64,000 nt of DNA from Candidatus Eiseniibacteriota bacterium. Lineage in GTDB: Bacteria > Eisenbacteria > RBG-16-71-46. How positions within the stretch are numbered: the stretch's first letter is position 1; each line of letters begins with the position of its first letter. Under the pieces are notes generated by a model that saw only the letters and a list, made by a program, of their open reading frames with translations, did no database searches and was not told the DNA's origin. The stretch covers positions 978-64,977 of the forward strand of contig JAWOLC010000011.1 of NCBI GenBank assembly GCA_033853925.1. Direction: 5' to 3'. This document shows, piece after piece, positions 47,829 through 60,902 of this stretch. Both the position numbers and the translations under genes were made by a program.

Positions 47829-50252
47829 ATGTGCCCGCACCGCGGGACGAGAGCCGCCCCGAGGCGGCAGGAGCCAGAATCGGTGATCACCTGCGAGCGA
47901 GGTCACTTCCGCCTGGACGGCGAGCCTCTCTTCCTCTACTCGGGAGAGATCCACTACTTCCGCCTGGCTCCCCGGCTGTGGGCCGCGCACCTCGATGCGG
48001 CCCGCGCGGCCGGCCTCAACGCGGTGAGCAGCTACATCCCCTGGATCTGGCACGAGCCCGAGGAGGGGCGCTTCGACTTCTCCGGGCGCACGCATCCCCA
48101 GCGTCACCTCGAGCGCTACCTGGCGCTCGTGCGGGAGCGTGGGCTGCGCTTCATCGCGCGCATCGGGCCGGTGGCGAACGCCGAGCTGGCGAACGAAGGC
48201 CTGCCTCACTGGCTCGTCCGGGAGCATCCGGAGATCGTCGCGCTCGGACGCGAGATCACGAACCTCCCGCACACCACCCTCCTGGCCTATCACAGCCCGA
48301 CCTTCCAGGAGCGCGTGAGCCGCTGGTACGACGCCGTGCTGCCCGTGGTGTCACGCCACGCGCATCCTCGCGGCCCCGTGGTGCTCGTGCAGCTCTGCAA
48401 CGAGATCGGGATGGTGCAATGGCTGCAGAAGGCCGCCGATCGCACCTCCGAGGCGGAGGCGATGTACCGGGATTTCCTCCGCCGGCTCTTCGGGGACGAC
48501 ATCGAGCGGCTCAACCAGGCGTACGGGACGCGCCATCTCGGCTTCGCCGAGCTGGCGCAGCCCGAGTCGGGCGAGGACCGCCAGAACCCGCGGCTCCTCC
48601 TGGACTGGATGAGGTTCTACCAGGACTATTTCGCCCGGTACTTCGGCGGGCTGCACCGGCGCTACGCCGCCCGCGGCCTCGAGCTGCCCGTGCTGGCGAA
48701 CATCCCGCAGTTCTACGATTTCGACGTGCGCGGCCGGGGCGTCTTCTCGCCGATGACGGCCACGATGTTCCGCGACTTCCCCGCGCGCGTGCCGGGCGTG
48801 GTCTTCGGCGGGGCCTATCAGATCCGGCGCCTCGACTTCGAGAACTTCCACGATCTGGCCATCACGACCGAGGTCCTCGAGATGATCGGCGGCCGCGAGA
48901 CGCCGGCCATGTGCGCCGAGCTGCAGACGGGGATCATGCGCGACCGGCCCCGGCTCTATCCCCAGGACGTGGAGCTGAACCTCAAGACCTCGGCGGCGCA
49001 CGGGCTCAACGCCCTCAACGCCTACATGTTCTCGGGCGGGTGCAATCCCTCGGGCCTGGGCGCCTTCGGCGCCTACCACGATTGGCAGGCCCCGGTGGCC
49101 GCGGACGGGCGCCGGCGGCCCCACTTCCGCGCCCTGCGCGACTTCGGCCGGCAGGTCCGCGCCTTCGGCCCGCGCCTCGCGGAGACCCGCAAGCAGGTGG
49201 ACCTGGTGGTCGGGTTCTACGCGCCGTACTGGACGACCGAGTATCTCTCCGGCCCCGCGATCGAGGAGCTGGAGTGGAAGAAGCACCACCTCTTCTTCGA
49301 CGGCCTCGGCCGCCTCCTGCACCTCGCCCACCTCAACTTCTCGCTCGTGGATCTGGAACGGGCGACGCTCGAGGAGCTGCGGCGCCTCCCGGCGATGGCC
49401 ATCTTCTCGCTCGACTTCATGGACGCCGAGACGCAGGCGAAGCTGGTCGCGTACGCGCGATCCGGGGGCCGGCTGCTCCTGAACCCCGAGCTGCCCATGC
49501 GCGACGTCGGCGGCGAGCCCTGCACGGTCCTCGCGGACTTCCTCCAGGCGAAGCCGGCGGGGCGGCTGAGCGGCACGCCCGTCTACCACCTGGGCGAGCT
49601 GGAATCCGTCTCGCCTGGCGGGCTGACCTGGTTCGAGGCCTCCGGGGCCGAGATCGTCGCCAGGACCGCCGAGGGGAAGCCCTGCGCCCTGGAGGTCCGC
49701 AGGGGAGACGGCCAGGTCCTGCTCTGCGGCTGCGGGCTCAATCACATGTTCGACTATCAGGTCGCGCTCGTCGGCGCGCTCGCCGGCCGTCTCGGCATCC
49801 GTCCGGCGATCCAGACCGACCCGGATCTGCACGTCTGCCTGCGCGCGACCGCCGACTACGGATTCCTGCTGGTCGCCAACTACCACGACGCGCCCCGCGC
49901 GGGGCGGATCCACATGAAGCTGCCGGGCGAGGCGCGCGCCGTCGTGTTCCCGGCTCGGGGCAAGCTGACCCTCGCCGCCCGCCGCGCCTATCTGCTCCCC
50001 CTCCGCCTGCCCCTGGCGAACGGGGACCGCCTCCGCTACGCGAGCGTGGAGGTCCTGGACGTGCGCGCCCGTGGCCGGGAGGTGCGCCTGCTCGTCGCCG
50101 GCGCCGCGGGGGCAGTGGGCGAGGTGGAGCTGATCACCGGCGCACGCGCCGGCTCCCTGGACGGCAGGCGGATCGCGGCCCAGCGGCTGGGCGCGCGCCT
50201 GCGTCTCCGCTTCACCGCCTCGGGAGCGCCGCAGCGTCTGGTCGTGCGCTAG
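47829..50252 (+). CDS. GH35-like beta-galactosidase-family glycoside hydrolase, cytoplasmic
   Basis: GEIHYFR (GH35 sGeiHYfR). LCNEIG (acid/base NE motif). AYMFSGGCNP (nucleophile-region GGTNFG-like). Start uncertain (ATG 47829 or GTG 47883). Confidence 0.7.
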   Translation: MCPHRGTRAAPRRQEPESVITCERGHFRLDGEPLFLYSGEIHYFRLAPRLWAAHLDAARAAGLNAVSSYIPWIWHEPEEGRFDFSGRTHPQRHLERYLALVRERGLRFIARIGPVANAELANEGLPHWLVREHPEIVALGREITNLPHTTLLAYHSPTFQERVSRWYDAVLPVVSRHAHPRGPVVLVQLCNEIGMVQWLQKAADRTSEAEAMYRDFLRRLFGDDIERLNQAYGTRHLGFAELAQPESGEDRQNPRLLLDWMRFYQDYFARYFGGLHRRYAARGLELPVLANIPQFYDFDVRGRGVFSPMTATMFRDFPARVPGVVFGGAYQIRRLDFENFHDLAITTEVLEMIGGRETPAMCAELQTGIMRDRPRLYPQDVELNLKTSAAHGLNALNAYMFSGGCNPSGLGAFGAYHDWQAPVAADGRRRPHFRALRDFGRQVRAFGPRLAETRKQVDLVVGFYAPYWTTEYLSGPAIEELEWKKHHLFFDGLGRLLHLAHLNFSLVDLERATLEELRRLPAMAIFSLDFMDAETQAKLVAYARSGGRLLLNPELPMRDVGGEPCTVLADFLQAKPAGRLSGTPVYHLGELESVSPGGLTWFEASGAEIVARTAEGKPCALEVRRGDGQVLLCGCGLNHMFDYQVALVGALAGRLGIRPAIQTDPDLHVCLRATADYGFLLVANYHDAPRAGRIHMKLPGEARAVVFPARGKLTLAARRAYLLPLRLPLANGDRLRYASVEVLDVRARGREVRLLVAGAAGAVGEVELITGARAGSLDGRRIAAQRLGARLRLRFTASGAPQRLVVR

Positions 50253-50479
50253 CCTCGCGCCGCCCGCACCCCGCTCGGACTCCGAGACGATCGCCCGCGC
50301 CCGTGCGGCCAGGCGGCGGTCCCGCCGAGCGCTCGCGCTCGACCGCGTGGCCTCACGGCCCCGCGCTGGTGTGGTCGTGGACGATGTGCCCGGTCGAGTC
50401 CGGCGGGGGCAAGCCGAGCGGGCCCGAGCCGCCCCGGGTCCCCTGCACGGCCTCGCCGTCTTCGGTAGAATGCTGCGCC

Positions 50480-51292
50480 GTGCGTCACCTGCGATTCCTC
50501 GCCAGCGCCCTCGCCGTGCTCGGCGGGCTGCTCGCTGCCGGCTGCGCGCCTTCGGACGCGGGCCGCTACCTCGGTGTGCGCGGCATCCGCCTGTACTACG
50601 AGGTGCACGGTCACGGTCCGACGCTCCTCCTCCTCCACGGCGGCACCGGCGACGGCACGCAGTTCGCCAGGCAGGTCCCCGCCTTCGCGCAGCGCTTTCG
50701 CGTGATCGTCCCCGACCTGCGCGCCCAGGGGCGCACGACGGACGGGCCCGGACCGCTGACCTACCACATCATGGCCGAGGACGTGGTCGCGCTCATGGAC
50801 CGGCTGCGCATCCGCAGCGCCGACGTCGTGGGCTGGAGCGACGGCGGCATCGTGGGGCTGGACATCGCCATCCATCACCCGTCCCGGCTCAAGCACCTCG
50901 TGACCTTCGGCGCCAACTTCCAGCCCGACGGACTGATGCCCGACGAGGTGGCGTGGGGGTCCACCGCCAGCGCGCAGAGCCTGGGCCCCGCGGTGCGCCT
51001 CGAGTACCAGCGGCTCGCTCCCGATCCCGGCCACTACGAAGTGGCGATGAACAAGATCCTGGCGATGTGGCGCGCGGAACCGCGCTTCACGCTGGCCGAG
51101 CTGCACTCCATCCGCGCGCGGACGCTGGTCGCCGCGGGCGAGCACGACCTGGTGCGTCGCGACCACACCGAGGCGCTGGCTCACGCCATCCCCGGGGCGC
51201 AGCTCTGGATCGTGCCGGGCGCCACCCACTCGGTGATCCACGAAGAGCCGGATCTCGTGAACGAGAGGGTGCTGGAGTTCTTGGGCCGCTAG
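50480..51292 (+). CDS. Alpha/beta hydrolase lipoprotein
   Basis: GTG start giving M-RHLRFLASALAVLGGLLAAGC (lipobox). HGGTGDG (HG oxyanion motif). GWSDGG nucleophile elbow. C-terminal His in PGATHSV. Only the last 271 codons of the listed 1302-aa ORF are real. Confidence 0.75.
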   Translation: MRHLRFLASALAVLGGLLAAGCAPSDAGRYLGVRGIRLYYEVHGHGPTLLLLHGGTGDGTQFARQVPAFAQRFRVIVPDLRAQGRTTDGPGPLTYHIMAEDVVALMDRLRIRSADVVGWSDGGIVGLDIAIHHPSRLKHLVTFGANFQPDGLMPDEVAWGSTASAQSLGPAVRLEYQRLAPDPGHYEVAMNKILAMWRAEPRFTLAELHSIRARTLVAAGEHDLVRRDHTEALAHAIPGAQLWIVPGATHSVIHEEPDLVNERVLEFLGR

Positions 51293-51537
51293 CGCCCCGG
51301 GACGCGCGGACGCGGGGCCGGACGCCGCGTCCAGCGCCCGCCGAGCGGAAACCGCGGCCACCCCCGTCACGTCCGTGTCACGCTCGGCGCCGCGCGCGGG
51401 CCGCCGCCACGCTCGGCGCCCGACAATTGTCCGCGCCTTGACGGCCCGGCCCGCTTCAGGATTGCGCGCGCCGCCCGGCGGGCTCTAGCGTTTCGTGCAG
51501 GCAATCGCCGCTCATCCCGCAAGTGTCGGAGGATCCC

Positions 51538-51945
51538 ATGAGGCTCCCTTGGATTCGTTCTCTCCTGCTGATCGGCTTTCTCGCCCTGCTCGCTCTGGCG
51601 ACGGGCACTCTGGCCAAGGAGGGCACGGGCCAGCAGGCGGCAGGCGCGGCGAAGGGCGCGAAGGGCGCGGCCGCCGAGCAGGAGTGGATCGTGGAGTGCT
51701 CGCACTCGAGCGCCGAGTGCCAGCAGGCGCTCGCCGAGATGGAGAAGACCGGGTACAAGAACCTCTCCCTGTGGCGCTTCGGCTGTCCGTACGGTGAGCA
51801 CAAGGGCTGGATCACCGTGCGCGCGGCCGACGAGAAGACCGCGCTCGAGATCGTGCCCACCGTCCTGCGCAGCAAGGCCGCGGCCCACCGGGTGAGCGCC
51901 CTCACGGTGGCGCAGCTCCGCGCCCTGCACGAGGAGAAGCCCTAG
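51538..51945 (+). CDS. Small secreted protein (135 aa) with two Cys pairs
   Basis: GGAGGA 7 nt before the ATG. Signal peptide MRLPWIRSLLLIGFLALLALATGTLA. ECSHSSAEC and FGCPYGEH. Confidence 0.55.
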   Translation: MRLPWIRSLLLIGFLALLALATGTLAKEGTGQQAAGAAKGAKGAAAEQEWIVECSHSSAECQQALAEMEKTGYKNLSLWRFGCPYGEHKGWITVRAADEKTALEIVPTVLRSKAAAHRVSALTVAQLRALHEEKP

Positions 51946-52152
51946 CCGGCTTCGCAGCTCCTGACTGGGGGCGTCTCGCGCCACGATGGCGGGGACGCCC
52001 TCGTCACGTCCGGCTGCGGCCGCTTTCCCGCGCGTGACGCGTGCCTGACCGGCGGTGGGCAATCTTCCCTTCAGTCCGGCATCCAAAGCGATGACGTCGC
52101 GGCGGGTCGCGAGGAGGCGGCCATTCTCCTCGTCGTCGGCGGTTCGCGGAGG

Positions 52153-52533
52153 ATGCGGATGAGCGTCCTGGAGGCGAGCATGCTCCTGGTCGCCGCGATC
52201 AACTTCGTGTTGCTCGTGGCGGTCGTGATCCTGCTCGTGCGGCTCACGAGCCTGCTCTCGCTGACGCAGCGGGTCATTCGCGAGCAGGGCGTGCCCTTCC
52301 TCGACAAGCTGAACCGGGTCGCCGACGACCTGAGCCGGGTCTCCGTGGACTTCCGCCGGGTGGGGGAGCGCGTGAGTGGGACCGCCACCCGCGTGATGAA
52401 CGAGGTCGAGCCGCCCATTCGTCAGCTCGCCGCGCTGCTGGCCGGCCTGCGAGCCGGCGTCGGCAAGATGTTCGAGCACGGTGGGCACCGGGACGGAGAC
52501 GCCGCGGAGGCGGGCGAGCGCAGAAAGGAGTAG
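52153..52533 (+). CDS. DUF948-like membrane-anchored coiled-coil protein
   Basis: N-terminal TM (MLLVAAINFVLLVAVVILLV) then a helical region. Immediately upstream of a YtxH gene, the usual arrangement. Confidence 0.6.
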   Translation: MRMSVLEASMLLVAAINFVLLVAVVILLVRLTSLLSLTQRVIREQGVPFLDKLNRVADDLSRVSVDFRRVGERVSGTATRVMNEVEPPIRQLAALLAGLRAGVGKMFEHGGHRDGDAAEAGERRKE

Positions 52534-52536
52534 GGC

Positions 52537-52842
52537 ATGAGCGACAACGAGCGGGGTACGAACGGCACCCTCGTGGCCTTCGGGCTGGGAGTGCTGGCGG
52601 GCGCGATCACCGCCCTGCTGGTCGCGCCGGCGAGCGGCCGGGAGACGCGCCGGCGCCTCGGGCAGGCGGCGCAGAAGGTGGGCGACCAGGCCAAGACCGG
52701 CTTCGAGGCGACGCGGCACCTGGTGAGCGACCAGAAGGAGCGCCTGACGCGCGCGGTCGAGGAGGCGCGCGAAGCCTATCGGCGCGAGTCCTCGAGCGGC
52801 GCGGGCGACGTCATGTCGGGGCCCCCGCCCGGCCACCTGTGA
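52537..52842 (+). CDS. YtxH-domain protein
   Basis: GTLVAFGLGVLAGAITALLVAPASGRETRRRL matches the YtxH motif GxxxGAxxGxLxAPKSGKETR. Confidence 0.7.
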   Translation: MSDNERGTNGTLVAFGLGVLAGAITALLVAPASGRETRRRLGQAAQKVGDQAKTGFEATRHLVSDQKERLTRAVEEAREAYRRESSSGAGDVMSGPPPGHL

Positions 52843-52857
52843 GCGGCCGGGCGCGGC

Positions 52858-55518
52858 TCAGCGCGGCCGGCCGCTGGCGTAGAGGGCGTTGAACAGGAAC
52901 TTGTAGGTCCCCACCATCTGGCCGCGGTGCTGGACGCGCGGGCCGAAGAGCACGACGTGCCCGGCGCCGAGGGTGACATCCACGACCGCCGCCCGTCCGG
53001 TCAGGAGGGAGACGCCCTCCGCCCAGCCGCTCTCGACCACCTGGTCCGGGTACTCGGGGTAGCGCGCCACCACCGCGCGGCCCGTGCCCGCCCCCGGCGG
53101 CGAGGTGGCGAAGGCGGGTCCGCCCGTGCAATAGGCCGCGCACTCCGCGGGGAGGCCGAAGCCCAGAGGATGCTCGGTGTCCACCGAGAGGCGCACGAGC
53201 GTGCCCGGCAGGGAGAACTCGCCGGCCTTCGCCTTCGCGATCACGTCCCGCACCGGGATGTTGAATTCCTCGATGGGTAGCGCCGAGGAGGCCGTGAGGC
53301 ACACGAGCGTGCCGCCCTGCTCGACGAAGGCCTTGAGGTTGGCCACGCCCTCCTTGCCGATGCCCCCCGCGTACGGCGGCGGCAGCGGCTCCTGGTAGCT
53401 CGGGCCGTCCTCGGCTCGCCGGCGGCCGTCCACGATGACCTCCTTCGGGACGCTGGGCAGGACGATGGCGTCGAAGCGGGCGCGCAGGTTGCCGGCGCGC
53501 ACGGCGGCGTTGTCGAGGCTCGCGTAGCGGAAGCCGTTCTGATCGAGCGCGAAGCGCGTCCACCCCTCGTCCTCGCTGGCCTGCCAGGGCTTGAACAGGC
53601 CGATGCGGGGGACCCGCAACGGGACGCGCTTCGCGGGCCACGAGGCGAGACCCACCAGGTCGACGTCCGCCTCGTGGCTCGCCCCGCCCCGGGTCGGGAG
53701 CGCGCCGGCCGGCACGAGGAAGGCACCCGCCGGTATCGTGGGGAAGTCTCCGCTGATCGGCTCGAGGGCGCGCTCCACCTTGACGCCGCGGGCCATGAGG
53801 CCGTTCACGAAGGGCACGGCCGCGCTCGTCGCGGGCGACACGGCCCAGCAGGCCCCGGCGGCGCCCTGCGTTCGTCCCGGCGGCCACGGCGCGCCGGCGA
53901 GCGCCGTGGTCCGCGGCGCGGGGGAGAAGGATGCCTCCACGCGCGCCCAGGCGACCCCCATCATCAGGGGCAGCGTCCAGGCCGTGACGTCGTAGGGCTT
54001 GTAGATGTCGCTGGCGTCCGGGCTCTGGCGCACCTCGGGGTAGCGCTGGCGCTCCATCATCTCGACGAGGAAGGCGCGGTACGGCTGGCTCGCGGGGAAG
54101 ATCACGCTGCCCTTGGGGAAGGTGCGCCCGTCCGCGCTCGCGAAGTCCTCTTCCGCGCGGACGGCCTCGAGGCCGTTCTCGCGCAGGATCTCGATCAGGC
54201 GGCGCGCCGCGGCGGGATCGCGCTGCGCGGCGGGGATGACGTAGGCGTAAGGATCTCCGCGCCCGCCGCGCCGCACCTCCTCGCGGCCCATCTCGTAGAA
54301 GGCGCGCAGGATCTCCGCGCGATAGCGGGAGCAGGTCTCGAGCAGGCTGTTCGAGGCGATCAGCTCGTAGTCCACGATGTCCCGCGGGCGCCACCAGCCG
54401 CCCGGCCAGGGGTTGGGGAAGTTGTGCTGGAGGCGATAGTCCGGGAGACCCTTGGCGCCGCCCGCCAGCTCGCCGGGGTCGACGAACACCGGCGTCGCCA
54501 CGCGGCACGACGCCACCTCGGTCAGGAGCCCGATCACGTTCTTCAGGCAGGCCGTGTTCTTGGTGCCTCCCGGCCAGTAGGCGTCGTACAGGTAGGAGTA
54601 GATCACTCCGGACTTGCGGGCCTGCTCGAGCCGCCAGGCCATGTTCGTGCCCATGAGATCGGTGAGCCGCCACTGCAGCGGGTGCACGAGCGGCGTCACG
54701 GGGTCGGCGTACGGCGGCACGAAGATGCGCGGCGAGGTCTGGCCCATCTGGTGCTCGTCGAGGAAGACCTGCGGGTACCAGGTGTGGTGCAGGACCCGGT
54801 TCACGAGCTTCGTCTCCGCCAGGTCGAGCATGAACCAGTCGCGGTTGTCGTCGTGGCCCGCGTAGTGGTGGTAGAGCCAGGGCATGCGCCCGCCTTCCCA
54901 CGGCGTGCCCAGGTACTTGCGGTACCAGTCGGCGACCAGGTCCGTGCCGTCGGGGTTCAGCGAGGGCACGAGGAGCAGGATCACGTCGTCGAGCCAGCCG
55001 CGCACCTTGGGATCCGCGCTCGTGGCCAGCGACCAGGCCCACTCCAGGGCCATCTGGCTGGCGCCGATCTCCGTCGAGTGGATGCTGCAGGTGACCAGCA
55101 GGACGACCTTGCCCTCGGCGACGAGACGCTCGGCCTCCGCGTCTCGCTCGGCGGTCCCGGAGTCGGGGTGGGCGAGGCGGCTCGACACCTCGCGCCAGTG
55201 ATCGGCCTCGCGCAGGTTGGCGGCGCTGGAGATGACGGCCATCACCAGCGGCCGGCCGAGCGTCGTCCGGCCCAGGGTATCGAGCCGCACGCGCTCCGAG
55301 GCGCGAGCGAGGGTCTCGAGATAGCGGACGATCTGCCCGTAGTCGGCGAGCCGGCGATCGGCGCCCACGCGGAAGCCGAGAAAGGCCTCGGGGCTGGCGG
55401 GCCCGCCGGCCGCGGGCGCGGGCGCGCCCGGCGCCGCTCCGGCGAAGGTGCACGGGGCGGGGACGAGGACGAGGAGCGCGAGCAGGACCAGCGGGGATCG
55501 GGGACTCATCGGCGGCAC
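52858..55518 (-). CDS. Secreted M14-family zinc carboxypeptidase (886 aa)
   Basis: Signal peptide. Zn-binding HxxE in CSIHSTEIGASQ. A later His in the HHYAGHDDNRDW region. Large C-terminal extension. Confidence 0.75.
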   Translation of the reverse strand: MPPMSPRSPLVLLALLVLVPAPCTFAGAAPGAPAPAAGGPASPEAFLGFRVGADRRLADYGQIVRYLETLARASERVRLDTLGRTTLGRPLVMAVISSAANLREADHWREVSSRLAHPDSGTAERDAEAERLVAEGKVVLLVTCSIHSTEIGASQMALEWAWSLATSADPKVRGWLDDVILLLVPSLNPDGTDLVADWYRKYLGTPWEGGRMPWLYHHYAGHDDNRDWFMLDLAETKLVNRVLHHTWYPQVFLDEHQMGQTSPRIFVPPYADPVTPLVHPLQWRLTDLMGTNMAWRLEQARKSGVIYSYLYDAYWPGGTKNTACLKNVIGLLTEVASCRVATPVFVDPGELAGGAKGLPDYRLQHNFPNPWPGGWWRPRDIVDYELIASNSLLETCSRYRAEILRAFYEMGREEVRRGGRGDPYAYVIPAAQRDPAAARRLIEILRENGLEAVRAEEDFASADGRTFPKGSVIFPASQPYRAFLVEMMERQRYPEVRQSPDASDIYKPYDVTAWTLPLMMGVAWARVEASFSPAPRTTALAGAPWPPGRTQGAAGACWAVSPATSAAVPFVNGLMARGVKVERALEPISGDFPTIPAGAFLVPAGALPTRGGASHEADVDLVGLASWPAKRVPLRVPRIGLFKPWQASEDEGWTRFALDQNGFRYASLDNAAVRAGNLRARFDAIVLPSVPKEVIVDGRRRAEDGPSYQEPLPPPYAGGIGKEGVANLKAFVEQGGTLVCLTASSALPIEEFNIPVRDVIAKAKAGEFSLPGTLVRLSVDTEHPLGFGLPAECAAYCTGGPAFATSPPGAGTGRAVVARYPEYPDQVVESGWAEGVSLLTGRAAVVDVTLGAGHVVLFGPRVQHRGQMVGTYKFLFNALYASGRPR

Positions 55519-55664
55519 CTCCGGGTTCCGGACGACGCCGGGAATGTGCGCCGGCGCCTCGGCGAAGGCAAGGCGGCGGCACGTTTGCCGAAAGGGCGCG
55601 GCTTCCCTAGTGTGCTGCCGGCGCGCTCGTTCCCGCCTCGGCGGAGCCCGGAGGAGGATGGCCC

Positions 55665-57198
<1,534 letters not shown>

Positions 57199-57389
57199 AG
57201 CGCCCGAGGTCGCAGCCCCGAGCGGCCTGAGCGATGTCTTCGCGGTCCTCGCCGGCGAGCGCGGCCGCGAGCGTGCCCCCTCTTTGGCAGCGTCTTCACA
57301 CCGCCGGACGCGCGCGGAGCGAGACTGCCTCGACGCGGTGACCGGAGGTTCCTCCTGCGGCCTCCCGCACGCCCCGGAACCCTTCGGCG

Positions 57390-58477
57390 ATGATCGGCAC
57401 CCTGCTCTTCGTCTCCTTCCCGCTGGCCGTCGCCCGCGCCATGGCCGCGAATCCCGCGCCCGCGGAGCGGCGGCTGCTCGTCTTCCTCGCCCTCGCCGCC
57501 TCCGGCGCCCTCGCCGCCTTCCTGCTGGCGCGGGCCCGGGTCTCGCGCGCGGTTCGCGAGCTGGTCGCCAGCGCCCGCCAGGTGGGAGCCGGCGATCTGC
57601 GCAAGCGCGTCCCCGTGCGCGGGCGCGGCGGGCTCGCGCGCCTCGCCCTGGAGTTCAACGCGATGTGCGAGCGGCTCGAGCAGACGCAACGCTCCCTGCT
57701 CGAGGAGCAGGAGGAACGCCGGCGCGTGGAAGCGAGGCTGCGCGAGGCCGAGCACCTGGCCAGCATCGGCCGGCTCGCCGCCGGCCTGGCCCACGAGATC
57801 GGCACGCCCCTGAACGTCATCAGCGGCCGCACGGAGTCCCTGCTGCGCCGGGGAGGCGGCGACGAGTCGGCGAGCCGCAGCCTGCGGATCATCGGCAGCC
57901 AGATCGAGCGCATCGCCCGCACCGTCCGGGCCATGCTCGACTTCGCCCGCGCCCACGAGCCGCGGCTCGCCCTCAGCGATGTGACGGAGCTGATCCGGGA
58001 CGTCCTCGACCTCGTCGAGCAGCGCTTCGAGCAGGCACGGGTGCGGGTGACGACCTCCATCGCCCCGGATCTGCCGGCCGTGGCCGTGGACGCCGACCAG
58101 ATCCAGGAGGTGTTCCTGAACCTGGCCTTGAACGCCGCCGACGCGATGCCGGCGGGGGGTGAGCTGCGCATCGCCGTCGAGCGCGTGTCGCGCCGTCGGC
58201 CGGAGCGCGAGGAGCCGTCGCGGCCCTTCGTGGCGGTGGCCTTCGAGGATACGGGCACGGGCGTCGCCGCCGAGAACCTGGGGCGGGTCTTCGATCCCTT
58301 CTTCACCACCAAGGAGATCGGGGTGGGCACCGGGCTCGGCCTCTCGATCGCCTACGGCATCGTCAGCGAGCACGGTGGCTGGATCGAGCTGGAGAGCGCG
58401 CCCGGCCGGGGCGCGCGGGCCACGGTGTTCCTGCCCCTCGAGCCGCTCGGCGCCCCCGCCGGCGCCGGAGCCCGGGC

Positions 58478-58484
<7 letters not shown>
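57390..58484 (+). CDS. Sensor histidine kinase (TM-HAMP-HisKA-HATPase)
   Basis: H-box LAAGLAHEIGTPL. N-box NLALNAADA. G-boxes DTGTGV and GTGLGL. Confidence 0.9.
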
Positions 58485-59827
<1,343 letters not shown>

Positions 59828-60020
59828 CCCGACAGGGTGTCCCGGGGTGCCACACCCGTGGCGTTCCGCCCCGAACCCGCGATCGGTGCGCTCCGGGGCG
59901 GCATCGCGCGGGTGGCGAGCCCTCCGTGGGACGCCGCGCTCGCCGGGGCCGGCGCGCGGCCGAGCGATCTCGGCCGCGCAACGGCTTGGCCGCCGCCGCG
60001 TTCGCGCGACAGGGGCGAGC

Positions 60021-60035
60021 TGGCACGTGAATCGC
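60021..60035 (+). promoter_or_regulatory. Candidate sigma-54 promoter (-24/-12) TGGCACgtgaaTCGC
   Basis: Matches TGGCACG-N4-TTGC with correct GG/GC spacing and one mismatch (T to C at -14). Lies between the sigma54 activator gene and the small paralog genes, about 160 nt upstream of ATG 60193. Confidence 0.45.
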
Positions 60036-60192
60036 CTCGTGGGGCGCGGGGCGAGGAGCGTGTCCGTCGCGCGGGACCAGGCCGCGCCGAGGAGAAGAGC
60101 GCGAGGGCTCACGGGCCGCCCAGTCTTCGCCCTGCCGAAGGGAGCCGGTCGCGCGAACGCGTATCCTCGTCACGGAACGAAGGAGGGTCATC

Positions 60193-60474
60193 ATGCCTCA
60201 GACCAAGGGTCAGACCATGTCGGCACAGCACCGTTCCTCGCGCCTCGCCGAGATGGGTTGGAACGACATCGACTTCCCGGGCTGCTACCTGCTCATCGAC
60301 TCCGGGGAGCTCGTCCGGATCCCGGAGGAGGCGCTGGCGCCGGGGCACTCGCCGCTCGTGACGATCACCTCCTCGCGGGACACGCGGGTGGCTCGGCTCT
60401 CCGAGAACCCCTCCGAGCCGATCTCGGTGCTGCGCGCCACCGCGGCGGACAACGACTACTTCGTCAACTTCTGA
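60193..60474 (+). CDS. Small conserved protein of unknown function, tandem paralog A (93 aa)
   Basis: GAAGGAGG 5 nt before the ATG. About 55% identical to paralog B over ~70 aa (GWNDIDFPGCYLL..SGELVR...PLVTITSSRDTRVARLS...PIS.LR..AADNDYFVNF). Confidence 0.65.
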   Translation: MPQTKGQTMSAQHRSSRLAEMGWNDIDFPGCYLLIDSGELVRIPEEALAPGHSPLVTITSSRDTRVARLSENPSEPISVLRATAADNDYFVNF

Positions 60475-60680
60475 AGGGTCGGGATGCGGCCGGGCGAGGG
60501 GCGGGCGAGCTGGCGCCGCGGTGAGCGAGCCGGGGCCTCGCGAGCCCGCCCCCCTCCCGGTGCTCGAGAGAGAGTGGCCGCCCGCCAAGGAGGCGCCAGT
60601 TGCCGAGAAGGAAATCGCACCCCAAGCGACGGGCTCCGGAGCCGGAGGGGCGGCGCGTCCGGGACGCCGGTCCTCCCGAG

Positions 60681-60902
60681 ATGGAGTGGAACGAGATCAC
60701 CCGGCCCGGGTGCTACCTGATGGTCGGCAGCGGTCAGCTCGTGCGCGTGCGCTCGGGGGTGGTGGGCAGCGGTCATCCGCCGCTCGTCAGCATCACGACC
60801 CGGGGGGACACGCGCGTCGCGCGGCTGTCCGACGACGCCGCGGCGCCGATCTCGTCCTTGCGGACGATGGCGGCGGACAACGACTACCTCGTGGCCTTCT
60901 GA
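60681..60902 (+). CDS. Small conserved protein of unknown function, tandem paralog B (74 aa from ATG 60681; 100 aa if the listed TTG start at 60600 is used)
   Basis: MEWNEITRPGCYLMVGSGQLVRV...PLVSITTRGDTRVARLSDDAAAPISSLRTMAADNDYLVAF. The listed ORF start at 60600 is a TTG codon. Confidence 0.6.
   Translation: MEWNEITRPGCYLMVGSGQLVRVRSGVVGSGHPPLVSITTRGDTRVARLSDDAAAPISSLRTMAADNDYLVAF

Noticed and set aside
60560-60640. Second sigma-54 promoter directly upstream of paralog B
   Set aside because: TGGCGC/TTGCC-like fragments are present, but the GG-GC spacing is off by one and the -12 element is poor.
60600-60680. TTG-initiated 27-codon N-terminal extension of small paralog B
   Set aside because: TTG start with no SD. 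The paralog alignment begins at the ATG at 60681. A basic extension analogous to paralog A cannot be fully excluded.
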